DNA from: a virus
Taxonomy: Duplodnaviria; Caudoviricetes
IMG/VR virus record: IMGVR_UViG_3300025529_000009
Location: 1-49,593 of that record
DNA length: 49,593 nucleotides
Strand: one strand, 5' to 3'
The translations under genes were made by a program, and so were the position numbers. The notes beneath the pieces are model-generated. The model saw only the letters and a program-made list of their open reading frames with translations, searched no databases and was not told the origin of the DNA. Shown here in pieces: positions 36,101-45,216 of the stretch (within the stretch, counting starts at the first letter, position 1; every line of letters starts with the position of its first letter).

Positions 36101-36688
36101 ATGGCGATCAATCCAATTCTGGACCTCAGCTCTCAGCCTATCGCGTCGCTCGTCTACCTGAAGACCAACATCGGCGGCTGGTTTTTTGACGCTTTCTTGC
36201 GATCGACGCACACCAGCCGTCTGAACATCACCCAACACCCGGTCCAGACGGGAGCTGCACTCACGGATCACGCTTTTCTACAACCCAAAGAGCTGACCAT
36301 GGAGATCGGGATGTCGGACACGGCGACCGGTCTCATACCAGGTCAGTTTACGGGCGGCTGGAGCCGGTCCGTGCAAGCGTTCAAGGTGTTGCAAGAACTG
36401 CAGGCCTTGCGCGTTCCGCTCCAGGTGCACACCCGTTTGGGTTTGTACCAAAACATGCTCATAGAAGAGATCTCTGCACCTGACGATTTCACGACGCTGT
36501 GGGGGCTGCGGTGCACAGTGACTCTGCGAGAGATCATCGTCGCGCAGGTGCGGACGGTGAAGATCAGCAGCAAACCGGCTGTGACGGATCGGGCAAATCG
36601 TGGGAAGTTGGAACCCGGCGACCCTAATCAGAGCGTTCTAAAGCAATGGGGGGTTGACAAGGCGATGAGCAAATTGTTTGGAGGGTGA
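36101..36688 (+). CDS. Tail tube initiator/Dit-like baseplate protein
   Basis: ITQHPVQTGAALTDHA, LYQNMLI, LREIIVA. Confidence 0.8.
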   Translation: MAINPILDLSSQPIASLVYLKTNIGGWFFDAFLRSTHTSRLNITQHPVQTGAALTDHAFLQPKELTMEIGMSDTATGLIPGQFTGGWSRSVQAFKVLQELQALRVPLQVHTRLGLYQNMLIEEISAPDDFTTLWGLRCTVTLREIIVAQVRTVKISSKPAVTDRANRGKLEPGDPNQSVLKQWGVDKAMSKLFGG

Positions 36689-36692
36689 TTTT

Positions 36693-37034
36693 ATGCCGAG
36701 CACTATCTTGCCGATTGTCCCGTCCATGAATCAAAACTTTACTTGCACGCTTCCTGTCGATTCCAAGAACATCACACTGGATTTTTCTTTGACGTACAAC
36801 ACACCGGGTGGGTACTGGTTTATGTCTATTACCGACCATGAAACGGGAAAGTTATTGGTTGATTCTTTACCTTTGCTGCCAGGAGAATATCCTGCTGCTA
36901 ACTTGTTGAGTCAATATAGCTATTTGGAAATTGGAAGTGCAGTGCTCGTTTCGGTTACGGGTGATGGCACAATGCCTACATTTGAATCTTTGGGAAGAGA
37001 CCATTTCGTGTTATGGGGAGACAATACCTCATAA
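36693..37034 (+). CDS. Small baseplate protein
   Basis: LTYN..GGYWFMSI, NLLSQYSYL; synteny. Confidence 0.75.
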   Translation: MPSTILPIVPSMNQNFTCTLPVDSKNITLDFSLTYNTPGGYWFMSITDHETGKLLVDSLPLLPGEYPAANLLSQYSYLEIGSAVLVSVTGDGTMPTFESLGRDHFVLWGDNTS

Positions 37035-37140
37035 ATTGAGTAAAGGGCCCTTTCCAAAATACGATCATTAGCAAAATTCTACAAAAAACCCTCCTTTTTA
37101 TGGTAGTATACCGTTAATCAATAAATTAGGGGGTAATTGG

Positions 37141-37770
37141 ATGAGCTTTTTAAGAGTGCTTCTCGCGGTATTTATTGTAGCTTCGCTCACTGCGAACGTA
37201 GCGTATGCAGCTGAGACCCCGATGAAAGCAAACACAGTGACAACTCTGCAGAAAGAACAACCAATCAGGGGGTTGCCGGCCACAGCTAAAGATATTGCAG
37301 AGGCTAAAGACAAAAGAAAATTTGTAGAAGATAACTATGCAAACCTTTTGAAGACATTTCCAGACACAGTTGATATGGCTTCGACTGGCCGGACGTTTGT
37401 AAGAGTCCGGAAAGGATTGTATCAGGAAGCGAAGCTCACTAACAGTCGGTATGATTTGGTCCTGCAGCTTGGTGTTACTAGCCTTGTGCCTGCAGACCAA
37501 AGAGATACTATAATTTTTAAATTGGTACTTCCAGACGGTCGAGAAATCGGGGCTGCTGAAATCGGGCTCGATGAGGAATCTTTATGGGTACAACAATTTT
37601 TTGCTTATCCTCTCCAAAAGCTATTGCCCATTACCGTGAATGTCTGCTTTGGGGTATCTGAAAAGGTCGACCCTTCTACCTGCATTTTAAGGGTATACGA
37701 TGGAAATGAGCACATAGATCTTAAATTAAACAGTTACTGGGAAAACGGCCGGATGCAAGTGAAAATATGA
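37141..37770 (+). CDS. Moron: secreted protein with signal peptide
   Basis: Sec-like signal MSFLRVLLAVFIVASLTANVAYA; AT-richer than neighbours; TGGTAGTAT extended -10 at 37101; own terminator. Confidence 0.75.
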   Translation: MSFLRVLLAVFIVASLTANVAYAAETPMKANTVTTLQKEQPIRGLPATAKDIAEAKDKRKFVEDNYANLLKTFPDTVDMASTGRTFVRVRKGLYQEAKLTNSRYDLVLQLGVTSLVPADQRDTIIFKLVLPDGREIGAAEIGLDEESLWVQQFFAYPLQKLLPITVNVCFGVSEKVDPSTCILRVYDGNEHIDLKLNSYWENGRMQVKI

Positions 37771-37781
37771 TTACTTTCATT

Positions 37782-37811
37782 AAACCGCTCCTTTTGGGGC
37801 GTTTTTCTTTT
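37782..37811 (+). terminator. Moron terminator
   Basis: CGCTCC-TTTT-GGGGCG followed by TTTTTCTTTT. Confidence 0.7.
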
Positions 37812-37837
37812 CGTCAGATCTGGGGGGAGATGGTGGC

Positions 37838-39295
37838 GTGGCAGACATCAAGAGCCTCGCTATTTATGAAGCACAGGTACAGGGTGTAGATGTCAATATC
37901 GTACTGGCTACACTGGAAGCAGAGACGAATTTCAGGAATATAACGGGCGACCATGGAAACGCTCTGGGCCCTGGACAAGTGTGGCCGAAGTGGCATACGG
38001 ACTCTTTCAAGTGGGCAGCTGAACGATTTCACCTGGTTTGGCCATCAACATTGCAGGAGCAGACCAAACTTGTCCTGAGCAATGACCACTTTGCTACGGC
38101 CGTAGCTGTACGTGTGATCGGCAGGGCTTGGAAAGCGGCCAAAGGCGATTTTCGAGAGTTTTCCAAAATATATGTCGGCCCGAAGATCCCGGATTCCGAT
38201 TACCAGCGTCGTTTAAACATCTATTTAAAGTACACCGGCGGGGCTGGCGCCGCAGCCGTCGCGTCTGCTCCTATCGGGTCTGTATATGGGGGCTTTGGCA
38301 GCGATCAAGCCCCGAGCCAATTCAATGATGTGGTGATCCCCTCAACAAACTACGGTGTGGTTGCGAACAGCCAAAGGTACGGTAACGTCCTGTATGGGCG
38401 ACGATACCGTGTACTGGTAGCTAACTCGAAAGGTACGGCGCTTGACGTATCACAGTTGAGGTGCACATTTGATGTTCAAAAGACCATGATGCAGCCGCAG
38501 TTTTCAACGGTGACCATCTATAACTTGAGTGCTGCTACAGAGAACCAGATCATAAATGAAGGGGATACCATCATCTTGGAGGCAGGATATGAAGGTGAGC
38601 AATACGGACTGATTTTTCGGGGGGATGTTGTTCAGCCGATCCGCGGCAAAGAAGACGGTGTGACGTACAAGCTAACGTTGAACTCCATAGACAGCGACAG
38701 AGCGCTCAACTTTGGCTTTGTCGCTTTTTCTGTGTCCAAGGGGCAAACCTCTCGGGATATTGTCCAAAATGTCGCCAGCAAAGCTAGGCTGCCAATGGAA
38801 TTGGGATTTATCTCGGATGGCCTCTCAACGGCCAAGCTTACGCGCGGTAAAGTGTTCTTCGGTACGGCAAAGGACTATTTGAGGCAGTTGGCCCATTCAA
38901 ACGCTGCTACGTTCTACATGGAGGACGGCAAGGTAAATATCATCCAGGCGACCGATTATCCGCCAAACGAAATCGTTGACCTGGCTCCGGAGTCGGGCTT
39001 GATTGGCACACCGCAGCAGAGCGATTACGGGGTGAGCTTTAAGTGCCTGCTCAATCCGCGATTGAAACTCAACTCGCTTGTTCGGATCAACAACAGCCTG
39101 ATTCAAGCGCAGACTTACCAGTTCGGTCAGATTCCGCGTGCGCTGGATGCAGAGGGGATTTACCGGATAATTGAGCTGCGCCACACCGGTGATACCCGAG
39201 GTGATACGTGGTACACGGAGTGTACAGCCGTTTCCCAAGCCGGTGGCGTCGTACCGGGCCTGATGTCGTCGCCCAGTGCAAATCCTTGGAGGTGA
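37838..39295 (+). CDS. Baseplate hub with N-terminal lysozyme/transglycosylase-like domain
   Basis: LEAETNF...GPGQV in the N-terminus; hub motifs TIYNLS, LEAGYEG, GLIGTP, CLLNP, GDTRG..WY. Confidence 0.8.
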   Translation: MADIKSLAIYEAQVQGVDVNIVLATLEAETNFRNITGDHGNALGPGQVWPKWHTDSFKWAAERFHLVWPSTLQEQTKLVLSNDHFATAVAVRVIGRAWKAAKGDFREFSKIYVGPKIPDSDYQRRLNIYLKYTGGAGAAAVASAPIGSVYGGFGSDQAPSQFNDVVIPSTNYGVVANSQRYGNVLYGRRYRVLVANSKGTALDVSQLRCTFDVQKTMMQPQFSTVTIYNLSAATENQIINEGDTIILEAGYEGEQYGLIFRGDVVQPIRGKEDGVTYKLTLNSIDSDRALNFGFVAFSVSKGQTSRDIVQNVASKARLPMELGFISDGLSTAKLTRGKVFFGTAKDYLRQLAHSNAATFYMEDGKVNIIQATDYPPNEIVDLAPESGLIGTPQQSDYGVSFKCLLNPRLKLNSLVRINNSLIQAQTYQFGQIPRALDAEGIYRIIELRHTGDTRGDTWYTECTAVSQAGGVVPGLMSSPSANPWR

Positions 39296-39300
39296 GTCAT

Positions 39301-39900
39301 TTGTCAGTCCCCGTCAGCGAGCGTATAAAAGAAAACAGCATTGAGTTTTATAACACGTTGCTCGATAAGGTTTTTAACTCACTTCGTGTCAGTGTCCCCG
39401 GCATTATACAAGACTTTGATCCGATTACGCAAACAGCCACGGTACAGATTGCACTTCGTGAGCACGTGCGGCAGGAGAACATGGAGTACGCCTGGACAGC
39501 CATTCCTTCGCTGCAGGACGTTCCGATCGTCTTCCCTAGGGGCGGCGGGTATGTCCTCACGTTTCCGGTCCGACCTGGCGATGAGTGCCTGGTGGTCTTT
39601 TCGGACATGTGCATCGACGCGTGGTTTAGTCTGGGAGGGGTGCAAAACCAGATTGAGAAGCGCCGGCATGACCTCTCGGATGCGATCGCCATCCCCGGGT
39701 TGTGGTCCCAGCCGAGACGTCTGCAGGACTATTCAACCAAACACGTGGAGCTGCGCGATGAGAGCAGAGCGCAGTTTGTCCGCATCACAGAGGACGCGAT
39801 TGATCTTGTCGCGCCGCGGGTCCGCGTGAACGGTGTGAATATCACGGATAGCGAGCACTACAACAGCTGGATAAACGGAGGAGGGAAGGTTGATACATGA
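39301..39900 (+). CDS. Baseplate spike (gp138/gpV-like)
   Basis: PGIIQDFDP, DVPIVFP, GDECLVVF.D.CIDAW, RRHDLSDA. Confidence 0.85.
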   Translation: MSVPVSERIKENSIEFYNTLLDKVFNSLRVSVPGIIQDFDPITQTATVQIALREHVRQENMEYAWTAIPSLQDVPIVFPRGGGYVLTFPVRPGDECLVVFSDMCIDAWFSLGGVQNQIEKRRHDLSDAIAIPGLWSQPRRLQDYSTKHVELRDESRAQFVRITEDAIDLVAPRVRVNGVNITDSEHYNSWINGGGKVDT

Positions 39901-40244
39901 TCTATCGTCCGATGGTCGGCGGAGACTACACCATGGGCCTTCCATTCTTGTCCGGCGCGGATGCTGTTAAACAGGCTATCAACACGCGCTTGAAACTTCT
40001 CATGAACGAATGGTGGGAGCAGATGGACGATGGCCTACCTCTCTTTCAACACATCCTCGGGGTAAAAGGGCATCCGGATAGTCTGCGAGCGGTTGATTTG
40101 CTCGTACAAGAACGGATCATGGGCACGCCACATGTCTCCAGAATTGTAGATTTTCAAAGCTCATACGATGGCCGCGCGTACTCTTGCCAGTGTAGTGTAG
40201 AAACGACATTCGGCGAGACGCTCCCGATTACGACTACGTTCTGA
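39897..40244 (+). CDS. Baseplate wedge/sheath initiator
   Basis: GDY, AVKQAINTRLKL..NEWW....GLP. Confidence 0.8.
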   Translation: MIYRPMVGGDYTMGLPFLSGADAVKQAINTRLKLLMNEWWEQMDDGLPLFQHILGVKGHPDSLRAVDLLVQERIMGTPHVSRIVDFQSSYDGRAYSCQCSVETTFGETLPITTTF

Positions 40245-40261
40245 TGGAGGTGAAAAGGAAA

Positions 40262-41440
40262 ATGGCCTACTTCACACCATACATCGACGAAACCGGCTTC
40301 CACATACCAAGTTACACAGACATCCGTGACGAGTTGATCGATCAAGCCAAGCAAATATTTGGTCAGGACATCTATCTCGGAAACGACAGCCAGGATTATC
40401 AACTCATCTCCGTTTTTGCAAACAAGCTCTATGACGCCTACCTAACCTGCCAAGCCGTTTACAACAGCAGGGGGCCATCAACCGCCGTAGGTACGGGACT
40501 GGATGTCATCGTAGGAGTAAACGGCATAAGGCGTCTGAAAAGCACAGCCTCGAAAGCAACGGTGGTACTGACTGGTACGCCCGGAACGCTTATCACGAAT
40601 GGAGTTGTCTCTGATGCAGGCGGGAATCAGTGGGTATTGCTGTCTCCAGTGACAATCGGTTCAAACGGGATCGTTACTACGGTAGCCACTTGTCAGGTGC
40701 CCGGGCCAATCGAGGCGGCCCCCAACACTATTACCGGAATTGTCACACCGACCCTGGGTTGGACCAGTGTGACGAACCCCGAGCCGGCGATCCCGGGAAG
40801 GCACACCGAAACAGATCCACAGCTACGTGCCCGCCAGGCGATCAGCACGGCCAATCCAAGCCGAACGGTGCTGGAGGGTATAAAAGGCGGCATCGCAGCG
40901 ATAAGCGGCGTCACGCGCTATGAGGTGTACGAAAACGACACGGATGTGGAAAACGAAATGAGGCATCCTCCACACTCAATTACTGCTGTCGTTGAAGGTG
41001 GCGCCGATGAGGATATAGCTCAAACTCTCTTCAATCGGAAGACGCCCGGCTGCTATACCAATGGCACGACGATCGTAACGGTAACGGATAAGTACGGAGA
41101 GTCCACCCCGATCAGATTTTTCCGGCCGGCTTACGTGGATATAGACGTTGTAGTAAGCGTGAGGAGGCTGACCGGTTATACCACTCAAACGGCCGGCGAT
41201 ATCACCGAATACGTGGCCGAGTTCATCAACAGCCTGCAGATCGGCAGCAGTTTGGCCATATCCAGCCTGTGGGGCGCAGCTTTGCAAGCCAACCGGGTTC
41301 CGACAAACCCGTACTTCTCCATCGTCAGTTTGACGGCTGCAAGGGCGGGAGAGCCGCAAGGGACTACCGATATTGCGCTTCTCTTTAACGAGGCGGCCAG
41401 GTGCTCACCTGAGAACGTTACAGTTAACATTGCAGGATAG
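40262..41440 (+). CDS. Baseplate J-like protein
   Basis: AVGTGLD, ETDPQLRAR, VYENDT, PHSITAVVEGG. Confidence 0.9.
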   Translation: MAYFTPYIDETGFHIPSYTDIRDELIDQAKQIFGQDIYLGNDSQDYQLISVFANKLYDAYLTCQAVYNSRGPSTAVGTGLDVIVGVNGIRRLKSTASKATVVLTGTPGTLITNGVVSDAGGNQWVLLSPVTIGSNGIVTTVATCQVPGPIEAAPNTITGIVTPTLGWTSVTNPEPAIPGRHTETDPQLRARQAISTANPSRTVLEGIKGGIAAISGVTRYEVYENDTDVENEMRHPPHSITAVVEGGADEDIAQTLFNRKTPGCYTNGTTIVTVTDKYGESTPIRFFRPAYVDIDVVVSVRRLTGYTTQTAGDITEYVAEFINSLQIGSSLAISSLWGAALQANRVPTNPYFSIVSLTAARAGEPQGTTDIALLFNEAARCSPENVTVNIAG

Positions 41441-41450
41441 GAGGCGGGGC

Positions 41451-42023
41451 ATGTCTATCACGCCGTATCTGGACTTGATCACTTCTCAACATCGCGACAA
41501 AGACAAGTTTATCCGCTGGGCGACCGTCTTGCTTGAAAAAATAGACGCCGCGGCCACTGCAGCAAACAGCATACCAAGCGCGTTTGACATTGAGAATGCT
41601 GTTGGGGTGCAGCTGGACACTCAAGGAGAGCTGATCGGCAGAACAAGGTATCTGCCTTTCCAGCTTCCCGACGGCACGTCTCCAGTACTGAACGACGAGG
41701 ACTACCGTACCGCGTTGAAAGCCAAGATCGCGCAGAACCAGTGGGACGGAACGATACCGAAAATATACGAGTTATGGGATGATCTGTTTCCCGGTGCAAA
41801 ATTGCGGATCACGGATAACCAAGACATGAGCATGAAGGCAACCATCCGGGGCGAGCTCGGATTGCAAAGCGTCCACCTGGTGACCGTCGGATACATCATC
41901 CCGAAGCCAACAGGGGTACGCTTAGACATCGCCTGGGAGTCCGAACTCAGCCGAGTTGATTACGTGGGGATGCTCGTGACAGAAAGGGATGTAGTACAGA
42001 TTGCTTGTGAGGTTCCAGAGTAG
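41451..42023 (+). CDS. Baseplate wedge protein (DUF2612-like)
   Basis: FDIENAVGVQLD..GELIGR, LNDEDYR..LKAKI, DNQDMS, PKPTGV. Confidence 0.85.
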   Translation: MSITPYLDLITSQHRDKDKFIRWATVLLEKIDAAATAANSIPSAFDIENAVGVQLDTQGELIGRTRYLPFQLPDGTSPVLNDEDYRTALKAKIAQNQWDGTIPKIYELWDDLFPGAKLRITDNQDMSMKATIRGELGLQSVHLVTVGYIIPKPTGVRLDIAWESELSRVDYVGMLVTERDVVQIACEVPE

Positions 42024-42044
42024 ATCAAAAGGAGGGCGGAGTAA

Positions 42045-42710
42045 ATGGCGTTATACGGACAGATGGTTATCACCGATTTGGGCAGGAGGCTGTATGCGAA
42101 GGCGCAGACCGGATCTCCGCTCGTCTTCACGAAGATGGGGATCGGTTCCGGTTCGTATTCTGGGGACCCAAGGAGCCTAACGGAGCTAGTCCGTCCGATC
42201 GGCTACTTTGAAATAAACTCAATCACGGCGACCGGAGACACGGCTCACGTCAAGGGTGTTTTCTCAAACATGGAGATCACACAGACAACCTATTCCTGCG
42301 AGCTCGGGTTGTACGCCAATGATCCGGATTACGGGGAGATCTTGTACGCCTACGCGAATGCCGGGAGCAATGGAGACTACATCCCGGCGATCGCGGCAGG
42401 CCCGTTCTCTCGGGAGTTTCAGATCAACGTGGTTGTCGGCAGTGCAACTGAGGTGACGGCAACTATTCCCTCAACAGCCTTTGTTGCAGTTTCTGACTTC
42501 GATGAGCATGTAAACAACAAAGACATCCACATTACACGCGGCGAATTTGAGGCAGCCATTTCGAGTCTCAGGAACGAGGTGCAGCTTATCAAGTCCACAT
42601 TCCCGGACAGCTTCACGCACAACCTGTTCTCAAAAGTGTTCACGACACTTGATGGAGTTGTGCTCACTCGTGGTTACTTCAATGAGGCACAGGCCCGCCT
42701 GGAGGTGTGA
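42045..42710 (+). CDS. Tail fibre/collar attachment protein
   Basis: ITDLGRRLYAK...FTKMGIGSG, ELGLYANDPD.GEILYAY. Confidence 0.8.
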   Translation: MALYGQMVITDLGRRLYAKAQTGSPLVFTKMGIGSGSYSGDPRSLTELVRPIGYFEINSITATGDTAHVKGVFSNMEITQTTYSCELGLYANDPDYGEILYAYANAGSNGDYIPAIAAGPFSREFQINVVVGSATEVTATIPSTAFVAVSDFDEHVNNKDIHITRGEFEAAISSLRNEVQLIKSTFPDSFTHNLFSKVFTTLDGVVLTRGYFNEAQARLEV

Positions 42711-42766
42711 TTCCAGCATGAGGAAACTTTCGGATAACGGCCATTTAAGACGAAAGGGGGAGAAAC

Positions 42767-44083
42767 ATGGCATATACTCTTCATGAAACAAAAAGTGTCA
42801 GCGAGTACAAAAACGTCGAAATTTCTGGATGGACTGCATTTGTACAGGCGCAGTTGAACGGTGGGAATGTTATCCCTTATGTTGATACAGAAATTGGTAG
42901 TGGTGTTTCTTTTAGTCCGATATCATCATCGGTTTTCAACAAGTATAGATGGAAATTTGTACTGGAAATACCCACAAAAGCCGGGATGAAGACACTTGAA
43001 TCTAGTGTTTTCACTTCAACATCATTTACTCAGTCTATGGGGCCGTTTGGTAGTGGATACACGACAGCTAATGATAATATTCCACAGGGAAATCAAACGG
43101 CGTCTTACAAGCTATATAAAGAACTGATCAACAACAACCCATCAATCAACCTAACGTCCCCTCTTAACAATCAAACATTATCCGAAGGTAACGTGTTCAG
43201 CATCCAGGGATCGGCCGGCGACACTGACAGCGGCAACGTGGTGACGGTCAAGTTCAAGATCAACGGCGGAACAGCTAGGGCTATCGCCTCCGGCGTCTCG
43301 GATGGCAGCAGCCCTATATCTTTTTCCAAGGCCCTCACTTACAGCAACAAACGACTTTGGGACGGCAGCACGGACGTTGCCGGCGTCGATCTGGCTGAAG
43401 GCGTCGACCACACCCTCACCGTATGGGCCGAGGACGACCAGGGCGGCAAGTCGGCAGAGATCACACGCAAGTTCCGCGTCATCTGGAACCGGCCGCCGAC
43501 CATTTCTGGAACCGACACGGACCTGGGCGTAATAAGCGTCGCGCCGAGCCAGACATATACCGTGAGCGATCCCGAGGGCCAGTCGTTCACCATCACGGAG
43601 TATCTGGACGGAGAAGTGCTGCGAACGTTCTCGGGTGTGGCCGGTCAGGAGTATACAGTGACTGTCCCAACCGATAAATGGCTCCGCACGTCCCTTGCAC
43701 AGCACACGCTGAAAGTCCGCGCCACCGACAGCGCCGGCCAGTATTCAGAACGGATTTACACGTTCACGCGGACGGACGACCGGATCGTCTTTGAACTTGA
43801 TGAACCGTTCCTGACCGACGCGAAGGCCAACCGTATCCTGGTCACGCTTGATGCTGTGATCCCATCCGGCGCCTCGTATATCGTGGAGGCGTGCAACAAC
43901 GCCTTCGACGCGCAGCCGACCTGGGAAGATGTTACCGGCCCCGTATCCGCCGGCCGCGGATATATCTTCACCAACGAAACGAAGACGGCAGCCAATTGGG
44001 GTGTCAGCATCCGTTTCACCTTCCTGAAAGGGACGGCAACAGAAAAAATCCTTATCAACGGGTTTGGGGGTGCGTTTGATTGA
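42767..44083 (+). CDS. Tail fibre/receptor-binding protein with Ig-like repeats
   Basis: NNNPSI and NRPPTI repeat starts, HTLTVWAED, HTLKVRATDS, CNNAFD..PTWED. Confidence 0.75.
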   Translation: MAYTLHETKSVSEYKNVEISGWTAFVQAQLNGGNVIPYVDTEIGSGVSFSPISSSVFNKYRWKFVLEIPTKAGMKTLESSVFTSTSFTQSMGPFGSGYTTANDNIPQGNQTASYKLYKELINNNPSINLTSPLNNQTLSEGNVFSIQGSAGDTDSGNVVTVKFKINGGTARAIASGVSDGSSPISFSKALTYSNKRLWDGSTDVAGVDLAEGVDHTLTVWAEDDQGGKSAEITRKFRVIWNRPPTISGTDTDLGVISVAPSQTYTVSDPEGQSFTITEYLDGEVLRTFSGVAGQEYTVTVPTDKWLRTSLAQHTLKVRATDSAGQYSERIYTFTRTDDRIVFELDEPFLTDAKANRILVTLDAVIPSGASYIVEACNNAFDAQPTWEDVTGPVSAGRGYIFTNETKTAANWGVSIRFTFLKGTATEKILINGFGGAFD

Positions 44084-44292
44084 TTGAGTTGAAAAGACAA
44101 AAGCCAATCTCGCAGATTCGCGAAGAGGAACGGCAGAGCCCCGAGGCCAGAATCGCTCAGCTTGAAGAGGAGAACGCCGACCTTCATTCCACCATCCAAA
44201 AACTCCAAAACGACCGAAAGACGCTCATGCTGGCCGTGACGGAGTTGTATGAGTTGCTGATTCAACAACAACAGTCAGGAGGGACATCGTAG
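44080..44292 (+). CDS. Small coiled-coil tail-associated protein
   Basis: LMLAVTELYE motif typical of genes preceding XkdX/CD1375-like ORFs. Confidence 0.7.
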   Translation: MIELKRQKPISQIREEERQSPEARIAQLEEENADLHSTIQKLQNDRKTLMLAVTELYELLIQQQQSGGTS

Positions 44293-44408
44293 TGCTTATC
44301 GTTGCATCGATATACGCTGATTTGATTCGGGAAGGGGACAAGACAATTGACCAGGTGCCGGAGAGTCTGAGAGATGAGGTGCAAAAACTGCTTGATGAGG
44401 ACAGTTAG
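44292..44408 (+). CDS. CD1375/XkdX-like small protein, copy 1 (38 aa, not in the ORF track)
   Basis: IYADLIREGDKTIDQVPESLRDEVQKLL; RBS GGAGGG. Confidence 0.7.
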   Translation: MLIVASIYADLIREGDKTIDQVPESLRDEVQKLLDEDS

Positions 44409-44460
44409 GCGAATGGTTATCAACTTGCTCTTGTATCTCCTGAAAGGAGGTGACGAACCC

Positions 44461-44619
44461 GTGAAAGCTATCATCGCTATTTACTCGGCCCTCATCATTG
44501 AGGGGGATATAGTGATCTGCGACGTGCCAAAATCCATCCGCGAAGACGTTCGCGGACAACTGCGGCAGCTCGGTCTTTCCCATCTGGCTGATGTCCAGTG
44601 CGCAGACGAGCCGCAGTGA
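44461..44619 (+). CDS. CD1375/XkdX-like small protein, copy 2
   Basis: IYSALIIEGDIVICDVPKSIREDVRGQL; RBS AAAGGAGGTGA. Confidence 0.7.
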   Translation: MKAIIAIYSALIIEGDIVICDVPKSIREDVRGQLRQLGLSHLADVQCADEPQ

Positions 44620-44688
44620 CGCCTTTTCTCAGTTCGACGAGAGAAGGCGTTTTTTCATGGGGAGCTGCAGACGTGGCTCCCCTTTTTG
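44619..44688 (+). terminator. Two tandem terminator hairpins before the holin
   Basis: GACGCCTTTTCTC...GAGAAGGCGTT with T tail; GGGGAGCTGC...GTGGCTCCCC-TTTTT. Confidence 0.65.
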
Positions 44689-44760
44689 CATCAAGACCGT
44701 GAGCCCGCCCCGTGCCGAGCGGGACATTAGTTTTGCCCTTGGGGCCAGGAGGAAAGACCA

Positions 44761-45216
44761 TTGAGCATTAAAAACACTTTGATCACAGCAGCAATTGGAA
44801 CGAATGGAAAAGAAGCAGCCTTTGGTGGGGCTGTAGCCGTTGTTGGATCAGCGGCAAGCGCTTTTCTTGGGGGGTGGGACATCACCCTCAAGCTACTGGT
44901 ATATGCCATGATCGCAGACTATATCACGGGGTTGCTCGGGGCCATCAAAAACAAAAAAGTGGACTCGGATGTTATGTTCTGGGGCGGAGTGCGAAAGAGT
45001 GTTATTCTGCTCGTAGTTGGTCTGGCCGTCATGCTGGATCAGCTCATGGGGAATGACTCGCCGGTGTTCAGGACATTGGCCTTGTACTTCTACATCGGTC
45101 GAGAAGGTATCTCCATTCTCGAAAACCTGGGGCACCTTGGCGTACCGTTTCCTGCTTTTTTCAAGCAGATCATGGAACAGTTGAATGAAAGGGGGGATCA
45201 AGGTGGCAGCAACTAA
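44761..45216 (+). CDS. Holin (TcdE/phage holin 4-like)
   Basis: LGGWD, DYITG, EGISILENLG..GVP; transmembrane segments; precedes lysin. Confidence 0.9.
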   Translation: MSIKNTLITAAIGTNGKEAAFGGAVAVVGSAASAFLGGWDITLKLLVYAMIADYITGLLGAIKNKKVDSDVMFWGGVRKSVILLVVGLAVMLDQLMGNDSPVFRTLALYFYIGREGISILENLGHLGVPFPAFFKQIMEQLNERGDQGGSN

